From: Clostridia bacterium
GTDB taxonomy: Bacteria > Bacillota > Clostridia > CAKSNL01 > HGM11501
NCBI GenBank assembly: GCA_045545475.1
Contig: JAZQAZ010000041.1
Coordinates: 1-64,000 of the forward strand
Reading direction: 5' to 3'
Length of the DNA stretch: 64,000 nt
The position numbers were made by a program, and so were the translations under genes. Under the pieces are notes generated by a model. It saw nothing but the letters and a program-made list of their open reading frames with translations. It was not told the DNA's origin and ran no database searches. Positions 39,958 to 50,055 of this stretch are shown piece after piece. The stretch's first letter is position 1. Each line of letters opens with the position of its first letter.

Positions 39958-42693
39958 TTATCCTAAATGATATGCTACGCTCTTTGCCATAGCAACATCT
40001 GCTGTTTTACCTCTTCCGAGAAGGTATAATCCGCTATCAACCGTAATAGTCCAGTCAAAGCAATCGGAAAGATATGTAACGGGAACATAAACCATTCCGC
40101 CCTCTGCGATTGCAGGTGCCGTAAGAGTTCCGATAACTCCGTTTATTCTTACTTCATTGCTTCCGAGTGTTGTATAAGTCCATCTGTAATCGGTGATTTC
40201 ACGGTCAACAAGACGGAACGCCTTTACATATAAAAGATTTCTTGCAGCATCGTATTCAAGCTTTGATTCACCGTACATCATCTCAGCAATAGTGTCCATA
40301 GGAACATAAAGTGTTCCGTTTCTCTCAATGGGTGCAATTCTTATGTCAGGCTCGTAGACAAACACCTTTGCTCCGTCAACAATCATTTTAGTTTTTCCCG
40401 GAGCTAAAATTACGGTATCCGAAAGCGCCTTTCTTTCTTCCTCCGAAAGAGTTGTTTCGGGAATTTCTGTATATACATAATTGAATCTTCCCATAGGTGC
40501 ACTGTTTCCGTCTCTGTATACGTCAAGTATATTTCCGCTTGCGATTTCTCCTGCACCATCAACCCACTTAAATTCCATATCAATTGTTCCCGCAAGGTTT
40601 AAGTCATTTCTGGGTATTGCAACCTGAAGTACATTTCCTTTTACGGTATAATCAATATCCGAAACAGTATTCCATGTGCCGTTTTCCCATTTTTCAAGTT
40701 TTTTATCTGCTCGGTTAAAAGCAAAATCATAGCCTTCCCATCCTGTCGCTCTGTTACGGTCTATATTTATGTAAAGGTGAATAAATTCATTTGTACCCGT
40801 CTTTATAGCTTCCTCTGTCTTTACATAGAAGTAGAGATTTTCGCTGTCACGAGCCACCTTTGCACGGCTTATTGCATTGTTAAGAGTTGTTGTAATTTCT
40901 TTTCCGCCCACAAGTATTCCGTTACGTGCGCTTTGCGCCTTATCGTTTATAAATTCAGGAGTAACACTGTCCCAGGCAGATACATCGCCTGTTATATCAA
41001 TTGTCTTTTCGCTTCCTGCCACAGGCACCGGGCGCACACCTTTATATTTTCTTACAAAGTCGCAAAGGAGGTTGTAATAGTCATCCTTAAGCGCACCGTT
41101 TGATGGTTCCATATCACGGCTGTTTTCATCATCGAAGGTGTCAACGAAAGCATTTTCATAGTTTCCGTAAATCTTGTTACGGATTGCAGTCCATTCATTC
41201 CATCCGTCAATATAACAGAAGGCAGGGTCTGTATCTAAAATCTGTGCCGCCTGCTCACGCATAAAAATAGCGCTTCTTGCGTTGTTGGGGCTGTAATCTT
41301 CGCCGAAGACTTCAGAATATCCCCTTCCCTTTGTATCGGCATTTGACATAATTCCGACCTCGTTATATCCGTAGATATAGGAGTGGTTGATTGCTGTTCC
41401 GAGTGTCATAGCCTCAACTCTTCCATCAGCTCTGTCAGTTCTTCCCCAATGGTGGAGAGGATAGTTTTCAAGCCACTGCCACTGTGGATCCGGCACTTCA
41501 TCGCTGATGCCAAATTCACGGCTTCCGTTTGTTCGTATGTTTACATTGTCAAATATTTCCGTAAGCAAGGCTATAAGCTCGGGATCCTTCTCCTTTTTAG
41601 CCTCATGCATAACCGCGTCTCTTCCGGGAGAGCACACAAGCGGTTTTCCCTCCCACATAAACACAAGGTCGGAATAGGATTCATTTTTAATTACATTAAA
41701 GTAAAATGCCGAAAGAGAATCAAAGGCATACCTTGCATTGAATATGTAGCAGGAAACCTTCGGAGCATCAATCCCGTCCTCTCTTGCATCGTGAAATGCC
41801 GAAAGAAGAACATTCTGAGGACCGACAAAAGTCATATCATTATTGGTGTAATCAAGAAAAATTGCATCTATTCCTGCATTGGCAAGCCACTGGGCGTGAC
41901 GGCGATATACCCAGTATTCATAGGAGGAGTAATAGCCAAGAAGAGGCTCTGCCCAGTAATATACGCCATTTTTGTCCCAGGCTTCATGCTCATAATCGTC
42001 CTTTGAATCGGGATATTTCTTTATTATTTCAGCAGGAATATAGGGATTTACATTACTGCGCTCAAACCAGTTCCAGTACATAATCCCCGTAACGTGTTCG
42101 CCCTCTTTTACGGGACCTGCTTCTTCAAAGGAAGCAACTTTTCGTCCAAGGTCGTCTGTTGCCGCCCAGGTATCTGAATAGTTATCTATAATATTTTCAT
42201 CAGGCACAGGCAGAATTTCAGGAGTATAGCTTTCCTTATTGAAGGTAATGCTCTTTATTTTCACATAATTATCGTGAGCATAGGTTGAGGTTAAATAAAT
42301 ATCGTGTACACCTGATATTTCCTTAATGTTGGCTGTAAACTTACTTTTTTCGGCGTGGTTAACCAAAACATATCCTAAAATTTCTCCTTCGGGATCATCC
42401 GCCTTAACCTTTACGGCATCGCCGTTGGAACCATAGGGCAACAAACAGGACGCTTCAATTGTAACAGATTTTATCCCGGTCATATCAATGCCCTTAAAGC
42501 CTAAATATGCCTTATCTTCAATTACGACATAGCCGTCCTGAACAAAGCGTGCTGTTCCCCTGTCTTCTGCATCCGTTACATTTTTGGTAAGCCCTTCTGC
42601 ATTTATATTAAATGCAAAAAACGATGCTGTAAGACAAAGAATTGTGAGTAATGCAAGTATTTTTTTCATCGCCATAAAACATCCTTCCCTCAT
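39958..42693 (-). CDS. Secreted putative glycoside hydrolase (GH99/GH71-like barrel) with an N-terminal CBM6-like and a C-terminal stalk domain
   Basis: Signal peptide; GVHDIYL CBM-like segment; WAEPLLGYY, RRHAQWLANAGIDAIFLD, IDGWNEW and SRDMEP; C-terminal LYVPM and VYVPV..FDW. Confidence 0.65.
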   Translation of the reverse strand: MREGCFMAMKKILALLTILCLTASFFAFNINAEGLTKNVTDAEDRGTARFVQDGYVVIEDKAYLGFKGIDMTGIKSVTIEASCLLPYGSNGDAVKVKADDPEGEILGYVLVNHAEKSKFTANIKEISGVHDIYLTSTYAHDNYVKIKSITFNKESYTPEILPVPDENIIDNYSDTWAATDDLGRKVASFEEAGPVKEGEHVTGIMYWNWFERSNVNPYIPAEIIKKYPDSKDDYEHEAWDKNGVYYWAEPLLGYYSSYEYWVYRRHAQWLANAGIDAIFLDYTNNDMTFVGPQNVLLSAFHDAREDGIDAPKVSCYIFNARYAFDSLSAFYFNVIKNESYSDLVFMWEGKPLVCSPGRDAVMHEAKKEKDPELIALLTEIFDNVNIRTNGSREFGISDEVPDPQWQWLENYPLHHWGRTDRADGRVEAMTLGTAINHSYIYGYNEVGIMSNADTKGRGYSEVFGEDYSPNNARSAIFMREQAAQILDTDPAFCYIDGWNEWTAIRNKIYGNYENAFVDTFDDENSRDMEPSNGALKDDYYNLLCDFVRKYKGVRPVPVAGSEKTIDITGDVSAWDSVTPEFINDKAQSARNGILVGGKEITTTLNNAISRAKVARDSENLYFYVKTEEAIKTGTNEFIHLYINIDRNRATGWEGYDFAFNRADKKLEKWENGTWNTVSDIDYTVKGNVLQVAIPRNDLNLAGTIDMEFKWVDGAGEIASGNILDVYRDGNSAPMGRFNYVYTEIPETTLSEEERKALSDTVILAPGKTKMIVDGAKVFVYEPDIRIAPIERNGTLYVPMDTIAEMMYGESKLEYDAARNLLYVKAFRLVDREITDYRWTYTTLGSNEVRINGVIGTLTAPAIAEGGMVYVPVTYLSDCFDWTITVDSGLYLLGRGKTADVAMAKSVAYHLG

Positions 42694-42701
42694 AGCTGTT
42701 T

Positions 42702-42775
42702 TATCACATCCGTGATATTATCACGGTGTTATATTATGTTTTTTTCATTATACTATCACGAAAAAAAAAAGTCAA
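42702..42775 (-). promoter_or_regulatory. Sigma-A promoter with a downstream palindromic operator candidate
   Basis: TTGACT (42775-42770), 17 nt, TATAAT (42752-42747); perfect inverted repeat CCGTGATA-T-TATCACGG at 42710-42726 plus an extra TATCAC at 42702. Confidence 0.65.
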
Positions 42776-42860
42776 TATCTATTTAAATTATGACACAATT
42801 TAATAAATTTCAAAATAAGTAAAACGGCAATTCTTGCACAAACTAAGCCTTAAGAATAAC

Positions 42861-42899
42861 AAAAGAGGCTTGTCGATGAAACCACCGACAAGCCTCTTT
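42861..42899 (-). terminator. Intrinsic terminator
   Basis: AAAGAGGCTTGTCG-N10-CGACAAGCCTCTTT directly after the 42901 stop. Confidence 0.85.
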
Positions 42900-42900
42900 A

Positions 42901-45825
42901 TTACTTTGTTATTGTAATTTCCCTTGTTTCGCCGTTCCACTCAACCTTATAGCCGAGCTGTTCAGATACGAATCTTAAGGGGATAAAGGTTCTTCCGTCG
43001 TAAATTCTGGGAGGTGCAATTAAAGTATATCTTACCTTATCGTACTTTGCAGGATCGCCGTCGGATACATACACACGATCATCCCATATTCTCATTGTTA
43101 TGGTAATTTTACCTTTTCCGTCTTCTTTGGTTATGCCTATCTCCTGCTTTTCGCCGTCCCAGGTAATAGTTGCTCCCATTTGTTCAAGAAGAACACGAAG
43201 AGGAATAAATGTGATATCGCTCTTTATAAAGGGCGCAACATCGCTTGTTACTGTGTAAGCTTCTCCTGCCTTTTCGGCTAAAATTTCATTTTTACCGATG
43301 GTAAGAACATACTTTTCACTTTCTGACTTTATGAAGCTTTCCTGTCCTTCCTTGCTTCTGTAAACGGAAATTTCAGATGCTGATATACCGTCGCCGATTC
43401 CTGTGTAAACAGTAATTTCAACATACTTTGCCTTTGCGGGAGCAGGAAGATATATAATCTGCTCACGAAGAGCCTTTTCCATCTTTCCTCCGCTTAAGGC
43501 AAGGTCATAGTTTTCGCCGTCCGTGCTTACCGCTATGTCAAAGTCCTCCCACAGACCGCTGAATGCGTAGTGTCTTAAGGGGAATACGGAAATAGCCGCA
43601 ATTTCTGTTTCGGTGGGAAGTGTGATTTTTATGGTGTCGCCCTTCTTACCTGTCCAGTTTGTTGTATAAATTCCGTCATTAAGCTTCTTTATCTGCTCGC
43701 CCGCAGCATCTTCAACAACAGCATTTTCAATTTCGTGTATTCTCACCGAATCATATGCAGAAGCTTCCACGGTTTTAAGCTTTTCGTCGGCTGCGAAGAA
43801 ATTAACTTCCGCCATCATTCCGTAGCCTGCAGGAGTTTCCTTTATCACAACCTTAAGACGCTTTACAATAACATTTGCATGGAATGCTACATACATATCT
43901 CTTTCGGTTTTATCACCTGTGTATTCTCCGATGTGATAAAATTCTCCTGTATCATCGCCGGATACATAAACATCATATAAAGTCGGTCTTCCTCCGACAG
44001 AATCCTGACGTGGAGTCATAACGAAGCCCGAAAGTGCCACAGCCTCTTTTGCCGTAAAGAGCATATCGTGTGGAGGATCTACCTTGCTTGTAATTGTCGA
44101 GCCTTCGTTGGTATAATCGGAATGCCAGTAGCTTTTCTTGTTGCCGTCAAGCGCTCTGTCAAGTTGCTGCCCTTCCTTTGCATTTGATGCAACCGCTGTC
44201 CAGTTTTTCTGAGGAACTATTTTTACGTTTCCGAAGTAGGTATCATCACTGCTTGTGGCAAGAGATGCCATAGCACTTCCCGTCGGAACCGTTCCGTCCT
44301 GTCCTTCTCTGAAGTCAACTTCTCCGGCAGTTGCGAAACCTCCGTTACTCTGTGTAATTTCAATTACAATTTTCTTTGCAAGATAAGTTGTTCCAAGGTC
44401 TATAAAAGCGTCATTTTTTTCCTCTGCATTTATAGTTCCGCTTTTTATCAGAACGGGAGTTTTATCATCATTTTCTGCTGCATATATGTTATACTCTTCC
44501 CATCTTCCCGTTGCAAGATCCTGACGGGGGCTATATATAATAGCATTTATATTTCTTGCCACAGGGAAAGTAAATGTAAGTCTGAATGGTGCTTCGTCAC
44601 GGCTTACGATTGTGCTTCCTTCTGCAGTATAGGCTGAATGCCAGTAGGAATTTCTGTCGCCGTCAATAAGCTTTTTAAGAGAATCATCAGCACCGCTTCC
44701 CTCTATTTTCCACTTCGTCTTATCAGCGCCCTCGCTTGTTGCCTTTTCCGGTTCGCCCAAATCAGCTGTGCCGCCATAACTTTCGGGAGAAACGGTATCA
44801 ACGCCGTCTTTCGCTTTTATAAAATTCATTTCAGCGCAGGTGCCGTAGCTTGCCGAGCTTTCAACTATTTCATACTTAATCTTTTTCACTTCAATATTCT
44901 TTGAAAATTCAGCCACCTTATCAGAGGCATCATCCTTTGCCGTGCCCTTATAAATAAGTACATATGGAGATGAGTCGCTGCTTGCTGCGTAGATATTGTA
45001 TTTTGTTGCACGTCCCACATTCATATCCTGACGGGGTACATAGACAACGCCCGATATTGCAGTGGATGCCGGGAAGGTGTATTCCAATGTGAAAGGCGGG
45101 AAACCATTCACGTCTCCGTCCTTTCTTACATAGCTGTGCCAGTAAGTACTCTTATCTCCGTCGATAGTGTTTTCAGCCTTGTAAAAGTTATCTGTAACAA
45201 CGCTTGAAACAGAAACTTTTACTCCTTTTAAATCAACGCCGTCAAAATTCTTCTTAAGGTCTACACCGTTAACGGTAAATTCCTTTATAGGCTCGCCATC
45301 CGGCTTAACACCGTTTTTTCCCTTTAAGAAGCCAAGCTCTGCTGCAGTGCCGTATTTTCCCTCGCTGGCGAAAATTTCAAGTACAGCAACCTTTGCCCTG
45401 TAGGTTTTATCGAAGTTTGCAACATATTCCGTTTTATATCCTATTGCAATATAGCCTGTATGTACCGCAACCGGTGTGTCTGTTTCATTTTCCGCGAGAT
45501 ACATTGTATAGCCGTGAATTCTTCCAAGCTGCATATCCTGTCTGGGTGTGTAGCAAAATCCCGATATATCACGCACGTCTGGGAATTTCACGGTAATTCT
45601 GTAGGGTGCTTCATGGCGGGCTGTAATTACGCCGTTTTCAGCCTCATAGTATGAGTGCCAATAGGTGTTTATATCGCCATCTATTATATTTTTTATGGAA
45701 TTCTGATAGGATTCGCCGGTAACTTCCCAGGAAGCTTTATCAGTATATTCATTATCTGCCGCAAGGGACATAAATGTTCCCATTGCAAGGGTAAGAGCAA
45801 TTAAAAGTGCTAATATTTTCTTCAT
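42901..45825 (-). CDS. Secreted protein: 5 F5/8-type-C (CBM32-like) domains plus a C-terminal stalk domain; paralog of 37566-39944
   Basis: Four YWHS..PRQD units plus a degenerate fifth; C-terminus RTFIPLRFVSEQLGYKVEWNGETREITITK is almost identical to the paralog's. Confidence 0.85.
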   Translation of the reverse strand: MKKILALLIALTLAMGTFMSLAADNEYTDKASWEVTGESYQNSIKNIIDGDINTYWHSYYEAENGVITARHEAPYRITVKFPDVRDISGFCYTPRQDMQLGRIHGYTMYLAENETDTPVAVHTGYIAIGYKTEYVANFDKTYRAKVAVLEIFASEGKYGTAAELGFLKGKNGVKPDGEPIKEFTVNGVDLKKNFDGVDLKGVKVSVSSVVTDNFYKAENTIDGDKSTYWHSYVRKDGDVNGFPPFTLEYTFPASTAISGVVYVPRQDMNVGRATKYNIYAASSDSSPYVLIYKGTAKDDASDKVAEFSKNIEVKKIKYEIVESSASYGTCAEMNFIKAKDGVDTVSPESYGGTADLGEPEKATSEGADKTKWKIEGSGADDSLKKLIDGDRNSYWHSAYTAEGSTIVSRDEAPFRLTFTFPVARNINAIIYSPRQDLATGRWEEYNIYAAENDDKTPVLIKSGTINAEEKNDAFIDLGTTYLAKKIVIEITQSNGGFATAGEVDFREGQDGTVPTGSAMASLATSSDDTYFGNVKIVPQKNWTAVASNAKEGQQLDRALDGNKKSYWHSDYTNEGSTITSKVDPPHDMLFTAKEAVALSGFVMTPRQDSVGGRPTLYDVYVSGDDTGEFYHIGEYTGDKTERDMYVAFHANVIVKRLKVVIKETPAGYGMMAEVNFFAADEKLKTVEASAYDSVRIHEIENAVVEDAAGEQIKKLNDGIYTTNWTGKKGDTIKITLPTETEIAAISVFPLRHYAFSGLWEDFDIAVSTDGENYDLALSGGKMEKALREQIIYLPAPAKAKYVEITVYTGIGDGISASEISVYRSKEGQESFIKSESEKYVLTIGKNEILAEKAGEAYTVTSDVAPFIKSDITFIPLRVLLEQMGATITWDGEKQEIGITKEDGKGKITITMRIWDDRVYVSDGDPAKYDKVRYTLIAPPRIYDGRTFIPLRFVSEQLGYKVEWNGETREITITK

Positions 45826-45840
45826 TTTAAGTCCCCTCCT

Positions 45841-48522
45841 TTAGTTTAAGTAAGTTGCCGCAGTTTCTGCAACAGCTGTATTAATATCCGCTCTTGACAA
45901 AGCAACAGCACCGCTTGAAAGCGTTACTGTCTTGAAGCCAAAGCATTCTGAAAGCAGGCTTACGGGAATTAATACAAGTCCGTTTTCTTCAATTATTGTA
46001 TTTGAAAGCACGGTGTATTTTCCGTTTACGTGGGCAAAGCCCTCTCCAACCTTGGCGTAAACATGCATATCGTTTACGATTGTTTCATTTTCAAGACCGT
46101 GGTTTTTAAGAAGTACCATTTTTTCTTCCGCATCCATATATACCTTGGATACGCCGTATCCTAGAATTTCTTCAACGGCTGTCATGTGAAGATAAATATT
46201 TCCGTTTATTTCCTTTGCAAAAATTCTTGTGTCGGGCTCATAAACGTTCATAACAGCACCTGATACAGCCATTTTGTTTGAGCCTGCCTTAATAACGGTT
46301 GTTCCTTTAAGTGCGGCTCTTTCCGAAGCTGTCATCGTCTTTAAGTCAATTGTTGTATAGAGATAGTTAAAGCGACCTGCGGGAGCAACAACGCCGTGCT
46401 CGTAAAATCTTAAAATATCGCCGTTTTCTTCCGATGCATCTGCCCACTTAAATTCAAACTGAGCATAATCTCCGCCAATTAAACTCTTAGGAAGTGCAAT
46501 CTGAAGGATGTTACCCTTTACTGTGTAAGCAGCTTTGCCGATTTCGTTCCAGGTATATCCGCCGGCATTTGCTGAAACTGCTCCCATAGCGTTTAAGTTA
46601 AGAGCATAGTCATATCCTTCCCAGCCTGTTGCACGGTTTCTGTCGGTATTAAGATAAAGATGGAAGCTCTTACCTTCGTTTATCTTTATATCTTCCAAGG
46701 TTTCTGCATAGAAATAGTAATGATCCGAATCCCTTGCAACCTTAGATTTTATTATGCTATTTTCAACTGTATTGGTATAGGTGTTTCCGTGTGCTGCAGA
46801 ATCTCTCACATATTCAATCTTATCGTTTCTGTATTCAGGTAAAACTGATGCCCAATCTGTTGCATTACCGTTTATGTCAATTGTAATTTCAGCAGATGCT
46901 GTTGCAACCTTTCTTACGCCCTTATATTTTCTTATAAAGTCGCAAAGCAGGTTATAATAATCGTCACGAAGTGCTCCCTTTACAGGCTCGATATCACGGC
47001 TGTTTTCAGAGTCATAAAGATCAACAAAGCCGTTTGCCCATTTTCCTCCATAGTTATTCTGACGGTTTGTCTTGAATTCGTTCCAACCGTCAATCATTAT
47101 GAATGTGGGATCAATTTCCAGAGCACGGGAAATCTGTTCTTTAAAGAAATAACCCTCGTTCATGGCACCTGAACGGTAATCTTCACCGAAGGCCTCGGTA
47201 TAGCTTCTTCCCTTGGCATAAGGATCTGAGAAGCACCAGGTTCCGCTTCCGACATAGGAGTGGTTTCTCGCAATACCTGCTGTGGTAAATTCAACTCTTC
47301 CGTCTCTTTCTCCCCTTGCCTTTTGCGGATAGTCTTCAAGCCATTCCCATTCGTTGGCGTGATCACGGTTTGAGAAGTGTTCTTTTACTTTAGCCATAAG
47401 ATACTTATCTTCTGTTGAGCATGTAGCAGAATCTATGGCATTTTCTATTTCGCCGAAGATTAAAGGCTTTCCGTCACGGTAATACCAGATGTCGGAATAA
47501 TCATCCTCAACAAAGAAGTTAAGATAATATGCCTTTGCCTGCTTAATTGCCCAATCCCAGTAGTTTGAGGTGTAACCCGAAATTCTCGGAATGTCAACGC
47601 CCGCTTCCTTAGCATCACGAAAAGCCTCGGCCATAACCTTAGTTTGCTTTAAGAAGATATAGTCCGCATTGGACCAGTCAAAGAAAAGTGCATCAACCCC
47701 GGCGTTTGCAAGCATTTCGGCATGACGACGATATACCCAGTAGTCATTGCTTCCGTAAAAACCGAAAAGAGGTTCATCCCAATAAAGCACACTCGCTCTG
47801 CTTCCGAGCTCCCACGCCTTATTGTAATAGTCATCCTTTGCTTCGGGATGTGCCTTTATTACATTTTCAATAATATAGGCATCGGCTATATCATAAGCAG
47901 TATGCCATGTCCAGTAAAGCACACCTATTTCTCTTTCGCCTTCTTTAACTTCTCCTGCCTCTTCATAGGACGCAACAGTTCTTCCGAGAGCATCGGTTGC
48001 AACCCAGGTATCAGAGAAGTTATCAACTATTTTTTCATCGGGAACAAATCTTGTTTCCGCTCTTTTATACTCTTCCTTTGAAAGCGTAAGGCTCTTTATA
48101 TAAACCTTATAACTCTCAAATTCGTTAAGGCCGTAGCATGAATATATGTAAAGATCGTGAGCACCCGATATTTCCTTATCAACAGGAACAGAGAAGGTGG
48201 TCTTTTCATCATCTCCCACGGTGATAACGCCAAGCACCTCTCCGGTCTTGGGATTGTCGGCACGAACCATAAATGCATCGCCGTTTCTGCCTCCGCCCCA
48301 GAATGCATTCATATGAAGTGACTTAACGCCCGTCAGATCCACATTCTTAAAACAGATGTAGCCTCCTGCGGGAATCCACGCTCCGCTTCCGGAGATTACT
48401 TCCTTTTCACTTTGCTCTGCACTTATGCTCTCTGCATTAAGCACAGTTTCTCCTGCAGCCATTATTCCAACCATCTGTAAAGCCAGAATCAATGTAAGCA
48501 GGATGCAAACAAATTTTTTCAT
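45841..48522 (-). CDS. Secreted putative GH99/GH71-like hydrolase with CBM6-like and stalk domains; paralog of 39958-42693
   Basis: DTWVATDALGR, YWDEPLFGFY, YRRHAEMLANAGVDALFFD, IDGWNEF, SRDIEP, DDYYNLLCDFIRKYKG and NRATGWEGYD, all shared with the paralog. Confidence 0.65.
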   Translation of the reverse strand: MKKFVCILLTLILALQMVGIMAAGETVLNAESISAEQSEKEVISGSGAWIPAGGYICFKNVDLTGVKSLHMNAFWGGGRNGDAFMVRADNPKTGEVLGVITVGDDEKTTFSVPVDKEISGAHDLYIYSCYGLNEFESYKVYIKSLTLSKEEYKRAETRFVPDEKIVDNFSDTWVATDALGRTVASYEEAGEVKEGEREIGVLYWTWHTAYDIADAYIIENVIKAHPEAKDDYYNKAWELGSRASVLYWDEPLFGFYGSNDYWVYRRHAEMLANAGVDALFFDWSNADYIFLKQTKVMAEAFRDAKEAGVDIPRISGYTSNYWDWAIKQAKAYYLNFFVEDDYSDIWYYRDGKPLIFGEIENAIDSATCSTEDKYLMAKVKEHFSNRDHANEWEWLEDYPQKARGERDGRVEFTTAGIARNHSYVGSGTWCFSDPYAKGRSYTEAFGEDYRSGAMNEGYFFKEQISRALEIDPTFIMIDGWNEFKTNRQNNYGGKWANGFVDLYDSENSRDIEPVKGALRDDYYNLLCDFIRKYKGVRKVATASAEITIDINGNATDWASVLPEYRNDKIEYVRDSAAHGNTYTNTVENSIIKSKVARDSDHYYFYAETLEDIKINEGKSFHLYLNTDRNRATGWEGYDYALNLNAMGAVSANAGGYTWNEIGKAAYTVKGNILQIALPKSLIGGDYAQFEFKWADASEENGDILRFYEHGVVAPAGRFNYLYTTIDLKTMTASERAALKGTTVIKAGSNKMAVSGAVMNVYEPDTRIFAKEINGNIYLHMTAVEEILGYGVSKVYMDAEEKMVLLKNHGLENETIVNDMHVYAKVGEGFAHVNGKYTVLSNTIIEENGLVLIPVSLLSECFGFKTVTLSSGAVALSRADINTAVAETAATYLN

Positions 48523-48555
48523 AATTTTATTCCTCCTTTTTTAATGTCTATTATT

Positions 48556-48602
48556 ATTTTACCACAAAAAAATGTCCTTTTCAAGGACGAAAGGACATTT
48601 TT
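48556..48602 (-). promoter_or_regulatory. Sigma-A promoter overlapping the upstream gene's terminator hairpin
   Basis: TTGAAA (48584-48579), 17 nt, TAAAAT (48561-48556) with TG; inverted repeat AAAATGTCCTTT..AAAGGACATTTT spans the -35. Confidence 0.6.
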
Positions 48603-48611
48603 CAGGTACTT

Positions 48612-49952
48612 TTAGATACAAACGTAAATTATATCTTCAATGGGGTTTTCTACGCTGTCAAGACGAAGAAGGACTCCGCTTGAGGCATTGATGCAGAGGC
48701 CGATAGTGTCAGTTCCTTCGTTTATAAGATGCTGAAGACCGTCTTTTCCCGATACCTCGTATATTCTCATCTTTTCTTTAAGCTTAATACTGAAGGTGTT
48801 TCCGACATTATAGTCACGGTTAAGAATGTAGATGTAATTATTTCCATATCCGTCTTTGAATGTCCCCACAGAGCATCTTTTGGGAAGACTTTCCATATCA
48901 AAAATGTCGGATGTGCCGATGTCTTCCCTGAAGTGTGTGTTGAAATATTCGTCTTCTTTAAGCACTTCATCACTGTGGTATATATGCTCACTTGTCAAAG
49001 CCATAAAGGTTTTGCCGAGCTGTTCCGCTTCTCCTAAGGCCTCTTTTATTGTATCGTAGAAATATTCCTTTTCTCCCTCAAAGGAAAGCATTTTACGGGG
49101 TTCATCATATCCGTCGGGCCCGCAGCCGCAGCCCGTAGCACCGTATACCTGAAGTGCCTTTGCTCCGTACATAAGAGCATAGAAAATCTGAAGGCGAATC
49201 TGTCCCTTTTCAAGGAGCTGGGGATAGTTTTTATGCGTTCTTATTGCTGACCAGTAAAACCAGAAGGGCGTATTCCTCTTAAGGGACTCTTCCCTTGCAA
49301 CGCCCAAATCCTTCCATAAAAGGGAATTGTCAAGCTGATCTTCTGTGTTTGCATTTATGGGCGGTGCACCGTAGGGATAATGGTCAAAGCACACAACGGG
49401 AGGTTTAACTTCATCAAGGAATTTCTTGACATAATAAGGATATAAATTATTCTTCCAGTTATATTTCGGATTGTACCATGGATTGTAAATTGCAAGATTT
49501 AATTTCCCCGGAGCATGCTTGAAAAACCAGTCCGTCTGCTCTGCGGCTGAGGCTATATCCTCATCCTCCCATGGCTCATCCCATATGTAATAGCCTTTTA
49601 CGCAAGGCTCATCCCCATAAAGCTTTATGACATTTATAACATCCTCTTCCGTGGTCTTAAGGCGGGGCTTACACTGGAAGCCTCCGAAAAGGTCTAAATT
49701 CTGCACAATTAAATCAAGTCCCTCTTCGTTGCAGACCTTTATGGCCTTGGGAATTGTATCGGGATGCGTCCACCCAAGCTCAATCTGATTAAGGTGAGCT
49801 TCCTTTAAGTTTTTGATTATTCGCTCTGTTGCTTCATAGCTTAAATCCTCTGAGCTTTTTCCCGCAACCTTAAATGTGGAAATGATGAATTTATCCTGAC
49901 GGTAGTCTCTTAAAGGATTTCCTATAGGTGCATAGGTAAGTTTTTTGGTCAT
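48612..49952 (-). CDS. Uncharacterised cytoplasmic protein, clan GH-A-like TIM barrel
   Basis: GYYIWDEP, CFDHYP, ALMYGAK and C-terminal YILNRDY; no signal peptide. Confidence 0.5.
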   Translation of the reverse strand: MTKKLTYAPIGNPLRDYRQDKFIISTFKVAGKSSEDLSYEATERIIKNLKEAHLNQIELGWTHPDTIPKAIKVCNEEGLDLIVQNLDLFGGFQCKPRLKTTEEDVINVIKLYGDEPCVKGYYIWDEPWEDEDIASAAEQTDWFFKHAPGKLNLAIYNPWYNPKYNWKNNLYPYYVKKFLDEVKPPVVCFDHYPYGAPPINANTEDQLDNSLLWKDLGVAREESLKRNTPFWFYWSAIRTHKNYPQLLEKGQIRLQIFYALMYGAKALQVYGATGCGCGPDGYDEPRKMLSFEGEKEYFYDTIKEALGEAEQLGKTFMALTSEHIYHSDEVLKEDEYFNTHFREDIGTSDIFDMESLPKRCSVGTFKDGYGNNYIYILNRDYNVGNTFSIKLKEKMRIYEVSGKDGLQHLINEGTDTIGLCINASSGVLLRLDSVENPIEDIIYVCI

Positions 49953-50055
49953 AACAATTCCCCCAATAAATTTAAGTTTATTTCAGTATATCACAAAAAA
50001 GGTTAAAAGCAATAGTAAAAAACGAAACGTTTTTATAAAAAAGCCGCAGCTTCCC

